Origin: Styela clava
Taxonomy: Eukaryota
NCBI RefSeq assembly: GCF_964204865.1
Contig: NC_135251.1
Span: 18,538,001-18,602,000 of the forward strand
Direction of reading: 5' to 3'
Length of the DNA stretch: 64,000 nt
Each line of letters opens with the position of its first letter. Position 1 is the stretch's first letter. The notes beneath the pieces were generated by a model. The model worked only from the letters and a program-made list of their open reading frames with translations. It searched no databases and was not told where the DNA came from. Positions 1-12,000 of the stretch are shown piece by piece. The position numbers were made by a program, and so were the translations under genes.

Positions 1-649
1 TTTGCGTACAAAACTTCCGTGGAAACAAGGGACGATTAAGGTTAGTTCGGATACCTATAATTTTTACTATCCGGATAACGGATATATCCGGGTATTCCGT
101 ATTTTGACCATTGAGGTGTGTATAACTAGAGTGCGCATTGGCGGCGCTAGACGTTTGCGATTTTGTGCCGAATTGAAGGTCGCGGCGGCCATCTTGGTAC
201 GCGCGACTTTCTGCTTGCGGATGCAGTGAGTGGGTTGGAATTGCCGTTTCGATGGTGCAAAATGTAAGATAATTTGAGGAAATTCATCGTTCTGCGGGTT
301 GAAATGAATTTTCACGCTATTGTTGTTGGTTCAGCCATTAACTTGGAAAAGGATAACACAAAACGTGTATGCATAGAGGTTGAAGAATCAAGTTTTGGAA
401 ACCAGGTGGGTACGGTGCTGTATTTGGTCTAGCTTGTGAAATACAAGTAAAATTTATGTGTGATCGGTAGAGGTAATGGTTGTAATACCATGACACCTAC
501 TATATGGAACCACGTTCTGTCCATTAAGTCGGCTGAAATGAACGGCTTTGCAAGATTATTGAAATACCGTACCTAGTAGACTATATCTCAATACTGCAAT
601 AGCTAATGCTTCGCTAACTAGGTTTTGCTCGATTCTGATGGGTCTATAC

Positions 650-910
650 CAGGGTGGTCCAGGCCCGCGGGCTACATGTGGCCCGCCACTCCTTTATCTG
701 TGGCCCGCGTCGCATTCGGAGAGGAAACAAAAATTCGCATTTCGTGTTGTTTCGTCATAAAATTAACCAAAAAATCTTTTAACATATTGTTGCATCACTA
801 ATGTCACTGAATTGACTAGTGTTAGCTTGCTGAGGCAACTAGCGAAGTTAAACGACCAAAGTTTTTGGCACTATTGTGGCCCGCGGAGCTGCCAATCTTG
901 GACCATCCTG
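650..910. mobile_element. hAT-type MITE nested in the left arm of the P-like element
   Basis: TIRs are CAGGGTGGTCCA and TGGACCATCCTG, with internal GGCCCGC motifs. It is absent from the homologous right arm. Only 4 bp (ATAC) of target duplication remain. A fragment of the same family lies at ~26858-26910. Confidence 0.75.
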
Positions 911-1514
911 ATACCTAATGCCATGTCAGTCTAGGTTTGAATAAGCCCAAATTGGAAACTGTTGAATAACTGTTACCAGAAATACAACATTCATCCATGT
1001 GAAAGCAAAATACCAGTAAGTCATCCAACTTCTACTAGGTGAAAGTGTGAAGTGAATCAAGTCATTTGTTGCCTACTCCTGAAGTGTCTCCAGTTTCTTC
1101 AATTAACCAGCTTTTCTACTAGTTTCAATACACATTTTCATTTCTGCATTGTTTATTTTATGTAAAATTTGTAATGCAATTGAAACCTAAAAAATGTTTG
1201 CAAGCTCTCGTTCTATTTGAGATACACCGGGTTTTCTTAGAGTAGACAAATGGATCAAAGTACTGTCCTAGTGAATGTGAATCAATCAGGAGAGTATTAT
1301 AGAATCTTGAACCGCCAAATTGGATCGATGTTTTAAATTCAATAATACGAAATATTCTATATTAAGGTCCTGTTAAATAGTGAGATCTAGCAAAAACAGA
1401 ATTGAATAGATATTCAATTTAGTAATACGTAAGATATCGAACTTGATTGATTTTTGGTTTAAAGGTCTATTTTTGTCATGCTGCCAGTTGTGCAGCGTGA
1501 CAGCTGAAATGCTC

Positions 1515-1887
1515 AAAATTGAAATTTATAGGGACGTGTAAAGAGAGAAATAGGCAAATATGGCATACTAAAAAAATGCAAAATAGAAATTTACAGGGAT
1601 GAGTAAAAAGAGAAATAAGCAAAAATGGCATACTAAAAATATGCAAAATTGAAATTTACAGGGACGTGTAAAGAGAGAAATAGGCAAATATGGAATACTA
1701 AAAATATGCAAAATAGAAATTTACAGGGATGAGTAAAAAGAGAAATAAGCAAAGATGGCATACTAAAAATATGCGAAATTGAAATTTATAGAAACGTGTA
1801 AAAAGAGAAATAAGCAAAGATGGCATACTAAAAATAAGCGAAATTGAAATTTATAAGGACGTGTAAAAAGAGAAATAAGCAAATATG
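1515..1887. repeat. 65-bp minisatellite, ~5.7 copies
   Basis: Units start at 1515, 1580, 1645, 1710, 1775 and 1840 (AAAATTGAAATTTAYAGGGACGTGTAAAGAGAGAAATAGGCAAATATGGCATACTAAAAATATGC). The first four units alternate A-B-A-B. Confidence 0.95.
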
Positions 1888-1889
1888 CT

Positions 1890-2423
1890 TATAGGCATTA
1901 AATGAAAGCTAAGTAAACCCAGGCTCTGCTGAAATTTCGGAATTCAAGTGCCAAATTTGACATGGGAAGATAGATTAAATGTATGCCTTACAAACAGGTA
2001 GGAATTAGCAGAATAAAAGTTAATATTAAGGGCAAATGCTTTCAATTCAGGAAGGTATTTTTATGTGGGCGGGCCCATCAAGGATTCGCCTAAAAATTGC
2101 AGGACTGCAGCCTAGAAGTTCTTCACTTCTAGTGGTGATTAAATTTTTTTCTTGTATTGATTTTATAACACTGTTGTTTTGAAGTATTATTTACAGTCGC
2201 TCTGACTTTTGCTTGGGGACTTTCAGCTTTTTCCCGACAGTCTCCAGTTGTTCTGTTTTTATTTCCAATCTTTCAAAAAACCTGTGAAGACTTGTACCGC
2301 AGCTGTCAGAATGGTCATGGATGATAGGGGAAATATATTTCTGTTCACAAGTCTCAACTTCATTTGGAATATCAGCTTCAACGGTGAAGTACGACCAGTT
2401 TGGGGCCTGCGTGAAGTGGTGAA
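1890..2423 (-). pseudogene. P-element/THAP9-like transposase remnant (N-terminal part)
   Basis: After an acceptor at 2424, the - strand reads ...IHDHSDSC... (degenerate DHxY HCF-1-binding motif) and then a coiled-coil-like stretch. After a stop and frameshift it reads KYLPELKAFALNINFYSANSYLFVRHTFNL (from 2060) and SAEPGFT*LSFNA. This matches the remembered P-transposase pattern Y.PEL..FAL.L.FYS..AY.YVR..F...EPGF. Several stops and frameshifts are present. Confidence 0.8.
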
Positions 2424-3939
2424 CTGAAATGTAAAACGATACAGGTAAACTTTAAGATTTTTTCAAACATAATGCAAAAGGTATTAGGTAGTAAAAAATA
2501 ATGCCGTAATATATAGCAATATTATGGGCTACTGATAAAACTTCAAAGTGCAAGATGACTAAACCAGTGGTTCTCATCCTCTATCCGCTGGGGGCCTATG
2601 CTGCTCTGAAGTATCTGCGAACCCGCAAAATTTTCAAACAGGAAAAAAAACATTAGAATAACATAGCATAGTGCTATTCAGACGACATTTAAATTAGCTG
2701 CCACTCAACAAAAATAGCGTACATGTACTTATTTATCTCATGTGATCTTGCACACCAAGTTTGTTCCTTATTTTCGTATTAATTTGAACATGTGTAGAAA
2801 ACCCATGTCCACATATGTAAGCAGAGACTAAAGGATAATGATTTTTAAAGCAGTGGCGTTATGCTCACAACTACTTGTTTTTATGCGATATAATCATGAA
2901 TCAAAACTGAATTTTTGTTATCAACATATTTTGATACGGAAAGCCTAAATTGGGATAAGTCTTTGTCGTATTTTCTCTGTTCAAGTAAAAGTAATAGCCT
3001 TCTAGTGACAATAACAATCTTTTCCTCTGAAAATTTCGAATCATTTGATACTGTAGGCTTGATAAACAGAAGAGCGATTACTACACAACAAGAACCATCT
3101 AATAAATAAAATTTGGAGGGAATTGGCTTACTAGGTTCAGATTGCTTGCTAGATGACTTACCGGTACTGGTATTTCGCTTTTACATGGGTGAATGTTGTT
3201 TCTCTGGTAAAATTTATTTTTAAATGAAAAGCAAAATTAGTCATAACAAATAATGTCTATTCAACAGATTCCAATTTGAGCTTGTTCATTGATTCAGACC
3301 TAGACTGCTATTGCATTATGTATAAACACATCGGAATCAAGCACAACCTACCATAGTTAGCGAATAATACGGTACCTGTACCGGTATGTCAGCAATCTGA
3401 CAAAACCGTGCATTTCAGCCGACTTAATTTACAGAACATGCTCCCGTATATTAGGTGTCATTTACTACCGGTATCTATACTGAATAACATATATAAATTC
3501 TACCGGTAGGGCACCGTACCCACCTGACTTTCAAAACTTGATTCTTCAACTCATGTGCATACACGTTTTGTGTTACCCGTTTCCAAGTTAATGACTAAAC
3601 CACCAACAATAGCGTGAAAATCCACTACAACGCGCAGAACGACGAATTTCCTCAAATTATCTTACATTTTACACCACTGACACAGCAAATCCAACCTACT
3701 CACTGTCACTGCATCCGCAAGCAGAAAATCGCACGTACCAAGATGGCCGCCGCGGCCTTCAATTCGGCACAAAATCTTTGCTCCTATGCGCTCTCTAGTT
3801 ATATACACCTCAATGATTTTGACTATCCGATTAACCGGGTAGTTACTGCTAATTTTAGAGAACCGATTTCACAAAAATTTTGCGGTGAGTTGACCTAAAA
3901 CCACCACACAGTTCTATTGTGAATAGCTCAAATTTGACA

Positions 3940-4160
3940 AATTCGCAAGATCGCAAAAACGCGTAATAAAACTGAATTTATCCGTGCAGCTTACCACGTA
4001 TTTTCATATCTGCAGAATGCGGTGGCATTTTAGAGTAGAAGTGCTTTTATTTTAACGTAAGTCGACGCAATGGCAAGATACGTTAAAAACAGTTATTATG
4101 GAAAAACATTTTGAAATGCTTGAATCGGCCACAAATTGAATATTTTGCGCAATAGAATAA
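3940..4160 (+). repeat. Dispersed repeat, diverged copy at ~8272-8488
   Basis: Shared blocks occur in the same order in both copies: AATTCGC.AGATCGCAAAAA, TTACCACGTATTTTCATAT, AAGTGCTTT and AATTGAATATTTTGC. Confidence 0.7.
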
Positions 4161-5371
4161 GTCAAAGGCATGCACATTACATTACATGCGTGGACCGGAA
4201 ATTTTGAAATGTTACACATTACACAGATTACATGGACTCCGAGATATTGTGAAATAAGTCCTCGAAATTCAAACTGGCTTATTCCATCATGAATGCGTTC
4301 TTTCAATACACGCAACAACTAAAAGCCACACCCGACCGAAAAGCAACTCACACCCACGCATTCAATGCTTTTCAACTGATAAGTTTAAGTTTATAAGATA
4401 AGATGAGTTTATTCCGACTCCAGAGCATAAAATGTGATAAAATGACTGATAAAAACTGAATATTAAATCAGAAGAGTAATTAAATATTCAATCCATGGTA
4501 CATGCAAGCTTTTTTAAAATGTATTGCCATATTAATTTAATTGTTTTCGTCGGAACTCGCCTTTGCGTCGACTTAAGGTAAAATAAAGCACTACTCAGGC
4601 GATATGGGGAGATAGAATAGGATTTAAATCAGCGCCGACTTTAAGTACTTATAACTAGCCGAAGACGTTTTGATTGAAAATATTTTACCATTATTATCGT
4701 ATATTTTAACATAGTTGAGATAGTCTGTGCGGCCACAGCTATAAATCTGAAAGCAAATTGTGTCGGAATAGATTATTTTCATCCTCAGTTTCGATAGTGA
4801 CCGCGTATAAAAAAGCTCTTAAATATTATTTAGTATCTATCGCTAATTTCATTGTTATCTCGTTATCATAATATCGTTCAGTCTGATTTTAATTCATAAT
4901 TAATTATTAATTTATAAGCAAAAATAAAAAGTAACATTCGTCATAAAATATCAGCTCACACGATATTCGGTCTCAATTCTCCGTCATGGGCGGATGAAAA
5001 TTTGGAAATCGGTAAGATGGTCGCGTTACAACAGTTGCGTTTTTTCTGATTTAACACATAGTTACGTGAGCAAAAAAAAATTACCAAAGCTAACGATGTC
5101 GATGGACTAAATAACACTCACGTTGACGATAAACAGACAGAATTTATAACAAAAATTACCCGTGTCAAAAAGTGTGTGCGATATCAAGAACTTGGATTTT
5201 AATGTAGAATTCACAACATTTCACTAATCGCATAGTTGCACTTTTTTCTATACCTCACAAGATACAAGACAATTCATAGGTATAAATACTGTAATGTAAA
5301 AGTGTAGTCTTTTTTTTCTCAGAAGCACGAAAACCACTAATTTGAATCATATCACATATGTCATTAGTATG

Positions 5372-5810
5372 CAGGCTTGTAGATGAGACATATTTTTCTG
5401 TCCCATTCCCATCCCCTAGCAATTATGTCTGTCCCATCCCATCCCATGGGATTCCCATTGGAATAAAATTCAATAAAAATTGTTAAATTTGGGTTTAGCG
5501 TCTACTAAATAGGACTACATGTACGAAGAGACATGCAACACAACAAAATTTACGGACTTTGTTAACTTTATATTCATAACTATTATGCATGTGTCCTTCA
5601 GCCCCTTCATGAAGTCTATTGTTAAGGCTGAATCTATTTTACTCTTTATAACTAACAAGAGAGCTATGCTCAAATATATGGATACGAAATACATAACGAA
5701 ATGTTTTACCATCGTTTCCCTGAAAATCATACGGATGCCGTGTCCAATGGGAAATACAAATGTGTGCTGTCCCACCCCATCCCATGGGACATTTCCTATG
5801 GACAAGCCTG
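5372..5810. mobile_element. hAT-like MITE
   Basis: TIR CAGGCTTGT / ACAAGCCTG, with subterminal TGTCCCATCCCATCCCATGGGA motifs near both ends. No clean TSD. Confidence 0.6.
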
Positions 5811-6140
5811 GTATTTACAATTAATAATATTAAAGCTTAATTCCTATATGACCTTGGATTTTTTTTTAAAATGAATAAAACTTATGTAGAGGATTTTAGA
5901 ATGTATTCGAAATTCCAGATTCGAAAATATTTTTTTAGAATGTATTCGAAATAGTCAAGTATTTGGAAATGGCCATCCCTGGGCCCAAGTATATCCCAAT
6001 GTCAGAAAGAGCTAGTTGGGAATAGTAAAACGTCATTCGAATATTTTTTATATTCCATTCTAATATACTGCCCAACCCTACTGATTTACAAGTAATGATT
6101 TGATTAACATTATGTAAATAAACTTGCCTTTTATGTATTA

Positions 6141-6521
6141 CCATGTTTCCCCGAAAATAAGACCTAGCCTGAATTTTTAAAATTATTTTAATATAAGCCC
6201 CCTCCACTTAAAATAAGACCTAATCAATAACGCGAAAATTTTTTTGACCTAGTCGATAGCAAAAAATTCCCCCTACACATTTAAAATGATTGATAAACTA
6301 TGTTTTGCATTCATTTGAATAAAAAAATGTGTTACTTATAAGTAAATGGATATCGATTTTTATATTTTGTAGATATGGTTATTTTATAATTTTCCTTTTG
6401 TATTTAATATTTTTTTTTTTTTTTAATAAATGAAAATATAAGACATCCCCGAAATACCCACTAGTGTTATTTTTCGGAAGAAAATTAAAATAAGACCATC
6501 CTTAATTTCGGGGAAACAAGG
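6141..6521. mobile_element. Tc1/mariner (pogo/Tc2-like) MITE
   Basis: Reads TA|CCATGTTTCCCCGAAAATAAGAC ... CTTAATTTCGGGGAAACAAGG. Partial copies of the same family are at ~15045-15090 and ~48770-48865. Confidence 0.7.
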
Positions 6522-7177
6522 TTTGGTAAAAACTTTTGTGGTCCGCAATAAATTTTCTTATATGCTTCAATAAAAATTACAAATGATGTCCGATCACTAG
6601 CAATTCCTATTGTTCACGACTAGGCGTTAGCTGAGCCTCGGGTATGTCAATGAGATGGTAGGTTAGCCACGTGTAAACCAGTGGTTTCTAACCCGGTAAT
6701 TTTCGATATTTTCCCAACTAATCCGTATGCAATACTGCTCTAATTAGACAGAAATAAACTTTGAATTTATTAGTATTTGTTCGTATTTAAATAAAATTCG
6801 AGATTTCTTGCTACAAAACACAAAACTATGTCGGACTTTTGAGGTCAAATAAGTTTTTCCTCATTCTGTATTCAGTGATTGGATAAATTTTGGAATAGGT
6901 AATATTTTATCTGTTCGAAAATACTTCGTACAAGCGTCCGACACCGGCCCTCACAGCAACGGTTGGGACCAGTGGGGTAAACTACTTATGTAAAAACAGC
7001 GTTCCCATGAATTGATGTACACTAAAAATCGAACTTCCGTTTCGCCAAAAGGTGATGTACAGTTATTTGTTCGCCATGTTCACAAATGGCTCTGTAGCAC
7101 TTTACACACTCACTGTTATTCATGGTTGGTATCTGCTTCTTGAACAGAATTCCATACTACTACATGAAAGTTATGCT

Positions 7178-9060
7178 TTATAAACTTGTTACACAGTTAC
7201 CATTCTGGTTATTGGCTATAGTGGAAGAGTCTGGTCGGTGTGGATTAAACACTGCAGGGTCTGCATTTTCCATTTTAACCGACTCTTCGGTAGACATTTC
7301 TTCAGCGACAGAACTAGATGTTTCGTGTGAATCGTCTCTGATAGATTTCATAACGTCATCATAACTAGGTGGAAGATCAAGATAGTTGCTGCTCATTTCC
7401 AAATTTTGCTGGAGGTCTAGAAATATTTACTTGAAATATCACACTGCGATGATAGAACTAAACTACATGTATATATAATAAATGTCCGCGTCTTCTAAAC
7501 ATCCATCAAATATCTTATTTAGCATCGACATAAAATTGATGAATATGAGCAAGAGAGTGATAAACAAATATTATACGGGCACAATAGTCAAGTCAATCGA
7601 ATTTGGGAAAGACTCGAAAAGTAGAGATGTCTATATCCGAATACTGAACTATTCTAGAATAACACTAAAAAAATATTTCGAAGATCGTTTAAACTAAATT
7701 AATTGAGCAAAAGCAATGCTGGACGGGTTTTTAAATTGCTTTATTCCCCAACATAGGTGGGTGAAAGAAAAACATGACATGACACAAAGTGAATCAAATT
7801 GAACTGATACACATTGCTGTAATAATGAGCATCCAGTTATTTTTCGAAAATTTCACGAAAACAAAAAAAAATACAAATATGTAAATTTCCACCTTCCCGT
7901 TTCAAAATTTTCAGGAGATTGAAAAGTGCTGATAAACGAGTGCGATTTTTACAGGCTAATGTTGTTTGCATCGCCGATTGTTTTCTTCGGCTTGACGTGT
8001 TTATTTAGGGAATGAACATCGGTACTATGTCGGTTAAGAATGGCAAAGAAAGTATGTCACGCGAAAAGTTACCCGTTAACTTCGGTGACTATGATATAGT
8101 TTCCAAATGTTAATAACCATAATGTTGGCGATTAACAGCGTCTGACATAGTGTTTTGTTTTATCTGTCGATGGCTCAAAGTTAGTAGTGTTTTTCGATTA
8201 TCCTTTAGTATTTTATAACGCTGTATTTTAGTCGTAGTATTTACTCCCTTATTTTTGGTCAGAAATTTAATGAATTCGCCAGATCGCAAAAATACAAATC
8301 AAAAGTTGATATAATCAGACAGTTTACCACGTATTTTCATATTTGCCGATTGCCATGATATTTCATAAAAGTGCTTTCATTTTGTCGTAAATGGACGAAA
8401 CCGCGATTTATGTTGAACACAATTAATGTGAAAAGACATTTTAAATGCTCGTATCCGTCAGGAATTGAATATTTTGCACAGCAGAAAAATCACCCACTGA
8501 AAAAATCGACTGTTTTAACGAGTTGCGTGATCGCGGCGACTGTTTCAGAAAAGGTAGCTTGAGAATTTCCGACTCCGATGTTTAACTACGCCTGGCAAAA
8601 AAATCGAGCGGCCGCCGCCCCGGTTTTGCGCACTTTCTAAATTACGATGAACCGAAATTGAAAAAAAAACTATTCGAATACAACGCTGAACGAAAATATA
8701 AACGATAGAGACATCCCTACCGTATAGCCAACGCTAAATTTGAAAAGAATATAGAACTATGTTCAAAAAACACTGTCCACTTAAACTACTTTGAATGTGA
8801 TTAGCCCGAGAACGAAGCAATAACTTCGCACACAACAAAATCAATGTCTTAAACGATCCATGGTCACTTTGTGTCAAAAACTTACCCGTCTGCGATCGTG
8901 TGATATTCTCAACATGAACAATAGAGTCCGTAGAGATGCGGCCGTTCTCAACTCGATGTATATCTTCCGAATCTCTCACTCGATTTTTCATTTTAAACAA
9001 ATAATTACAACAAATGCAACATAGACAACCCGCAACAATAAAATAGATTAAACCTCCCAT
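7178..9060 (-). CDS. 137-aa single-pass membrane protein with Cys cluster, PPxY motif and C-terminal PDZ-type motif (Shisa-like/WBP1/TMEM92-type architecture)
   Basis: Two exons, 9060-8886 (donor G|GTAAG, phase 1) and 7416-7178 (acceptor TTTCTAG), join two predicted ORFs in frame: MGGLIYFIVAGCLCCICCNYLFKMKNR...QTD LQQNLEMSSNYLDLPPSYDDVMK...CVTSL*. An in-frame TAA lies upstream of the ATG. Confidence 0.7.
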
Positions 9061-12000
9061 GTAGGTATTTGAATTTTATTTTTCTAAAGATTTACAAGAG
9101 TGTGGCGTCTAAATTATCAACATTATGTAGGAGGATGATCTCGCGTAGCCTCAGATAATTGCGCTACCTCACTTTGACGAACGTAAGAAATACATCGGTA
9201 TGATTCAGTTTTGTCAAACCTATCACACCATTCTACTGTCCCAGACCTCTTGAATCATCAAGTGACTAATAGTTTACTAGTACGACATACAGTTGAGTAA
9301 TGTAAATAAGTGATGTAATGTAAATGTTATACGGAGTAACAGCATATTTGCTCTAATTTCGATTCATTACCTATTAACGGTTGAGGCTTGAGAAGTTAGA
9401 ATATATTTTTGTTAATATTTAAAATAAGAGTAAACAACATTACATAAAGCAAATTCTTGACAGACATCTCCGTAATTACTATATCTGATCACTAAAATGA
9501 TGAGTTTGGTAATATCAAACTTGCTTAATCATAATTTTGAGAATAACAATGACGCCGCATTTTTATTTAACTTGTTCTTTGTCATCATCTTCGCCAAACT
9601 TGAATTGTTTTACGCAATATATATCTTAATTTATAAAAGTAACAGCATATCCATAAGTTGTATACAACCACCTTCTGAGATACGCAGAAGTCAAGACTTG
9701 GAGCATTAACCCGTGAACACTATAGAGTAAATCTCCCATAAGGACCAGGTGAATATTCTAAAATTCTCGAGCATGTAATTCGACGTTTAGCGAAGAGATG
9801 TAAGAAATCGCTTTTTGGCATTAACAAAGAAGTCTGTGTGCAAACTTGTACTTGACCCATCGAAATTTAGCACGTCCTTGACTTTGTAAAACATTCTGTC
9901 TGATCAAGCGCGTCGCAGATAATATGCTTCATCATTTGTGTGACGCGCGAGTTGTGCCGACACTACCTAAACCTAGAAACAATTTCATTTGATGATGTAA
10001 ATTTTATATGTAGTGCTGTTGTATCCAAGAAACTAAACCCCTGTTATGAAAAAAAATTCATATAAAATATCTATTCGAAAATCAATTCAGACATGGTTCT
10101 TCATTCCTTTCATCGACAAATATTTAATTAAATGATACAATCTGAAAACGGAGGGATTGGAATTATTTAAAGAAATCTTGATGTCTAGCATTAGAATGCA
10201 AATAAAAGAAACGAATAGTTCTAAAAATCTGTGATGCAGAACCATCGGTGTGTACACAACCGCTAATTTTAGCTTACATGTATTAGCTTTTGGAATATTA
10301 GCATAGCAAGGATTGTAGTAACAGATTAAGATTCGTAAACTTTGCAATCAATCTGAAAAGATGACATGCTTGTTTTTTTAATTGCCATAATTTGTCGATT
10401 TTCGTTGTAATATACAATAATCACCCATGTATTTGACACATTCAAGATAATCGTTAATGCCACAAGTCATTTATAGTCGGTGCATTGCAATAAACTTTCA
10501 AACTGCGTAATCAAAACTCATCAGATTAAAGTGAAAGAAACTAAGCCGACTGTAGAAAGTTTGTGAACACGCCGTTATATGAAAAATGCGAGAAATGGCA
10601 ATCTATCAGCCACACGGATGTTCTTAAAGTGCAATTCCGAATTTCATGAAAATATCAACGCTTACCGAGTCAATTAAGCAGTTAGAGTAAGGTTATAGTC
10701 ATGCGTTATTTCGTGATATTTTATGCGGAAGTTTGAGGTTTGCCAATGCCACAGTTTGTTGTCTAAAGATTGCATTCGGGGGTTGGGTTAATAATGACCC
10801 ATAAGCTCGGAATTTGATTTTGAATGGGTCAGAGTCTGATGAAACTAATTTACTGAATACAAACCACTATCGAAAGTACAGTTTAATAAAACTGCAAGAC
10901 TGTACATGCTTTCCATCCTGAACCTGATTACTTTTATAATAAGGAGTTGAAATATTCATCAATTCACTTTACACAATATTCATTTTATTTGTATATTTTT
11001 GAGGTCCCCTCTGAACAATGTTTGATGGCCCAGAAGTTTAAAATGGAGTTGGTGCATCTGGTACAGCGCCAATTTGGACACCATTATTGCTAACAAGCGA
11101 TGCTATAATATATATAGACGAATGCTAAAACGAGGAAATATCAAATCTTTTGCAGTATCACTGTGATCACGGAACCACGGCACGCAGTTTAATTTTGATG
11201 ACGTCATTAAACAAAACTTTAAAGTGAAAAACGAATCCCATAGAAGCCACACATACTTTTAAAATAAATAAAAGTAATACTAACTATACCTACTAACGAC
11301 AACAACAAGCTTTAACCACTAATATTCTCGAAGCAATTAGTCTAGTATTTGAAAAGAAAAAAATTTACAACAACAACGTAATAACAAAATATCCATATCG
11401 TGTGCAATTATTTGTCTTCGCAAGTCAAGTTTATTTTTTTCAACCAGTAAAATCAACAACAATCGAACACAAATTACGAGAAAATGATGAATAGACAGTT
11501 TTACTGGGAAATGGAAGTCTCGGGGAACTAAAGCTGGTTATCGAGCAGCGACATCCGAATTTCAAATATCTAATTTGAGAAAAGTTGAATTTTTAGAGTT
11601 TGGAATCTACAGTCTTTCATGGTGGCTTTCAACATTATTAGTAAACGGTAACCTATGATACCGGCTACGTTTGTACATGTACCGGTGCGGTTTCTCTATC
11701 AGTACAGAGTACTTTATATATGTTAAGATTCAGTTAAGATTGCTTATCAGCCAATAAAAAATAAATAAATAAGTTACAGTAAAAAAAAAATTATACAGTT
11801 TCACTAAGAGACAGATAATTAATAGAAATTGTGATAAAAAATTTCCCTTTCACAAGAGCCACAAGAGTTTGACCAACGACGGGGAATCCCAGATTTTATC
11901 TGGATTAATTGAAGCATGAATGCTGCTTTGAAAGATACCGGATACCCCAGGTTGGGGAATTTTGAAGGTGACCTAGCCATGTGGTTACACTGTGAAGTGC

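Larger units (their letters stand above)
109..3815 (-). mobile_element. P-superfamily (THAP9/Galileo-like) DNA transposon, defective, with very long inverted terminal arms
   Basis: Termini are CATTGAGGTGTGTATAACTAGAG (109) and CTCTAGTTATATACACCTCAATG (3815). A perfect 8-bp TSD ATTTTGAC lies at 101-108 and 3816-3823. Inverted homology runs 109-~1025 (interrupted by a MITE) versus ~3152-3815. There is an internal transposase remnant on the - strand. Confidence 0.9.

Noticed and set aside
1515-1887. 65-bp array (and the 197-bp array at 49535-50270) as CRISPR-like
   Set aside because: There are no unique spacers and no cas genes, and the context is eukaryotic. They are plain tandem repeats.
67-3898. 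Near-identical ORFs 67-315 (-) and 3614-3898 (+) as a duplicated gene
   Set aside because: They are the two inverted arms of the transposon, with non-ATG starts and no recognisable domain.
6600-6740. Possible tRNA-derived SINE fragments (also ~11850-11990 and ~29630-29790)
   Set aside because: No A/B boxes or cloverleaf could be established by eye.
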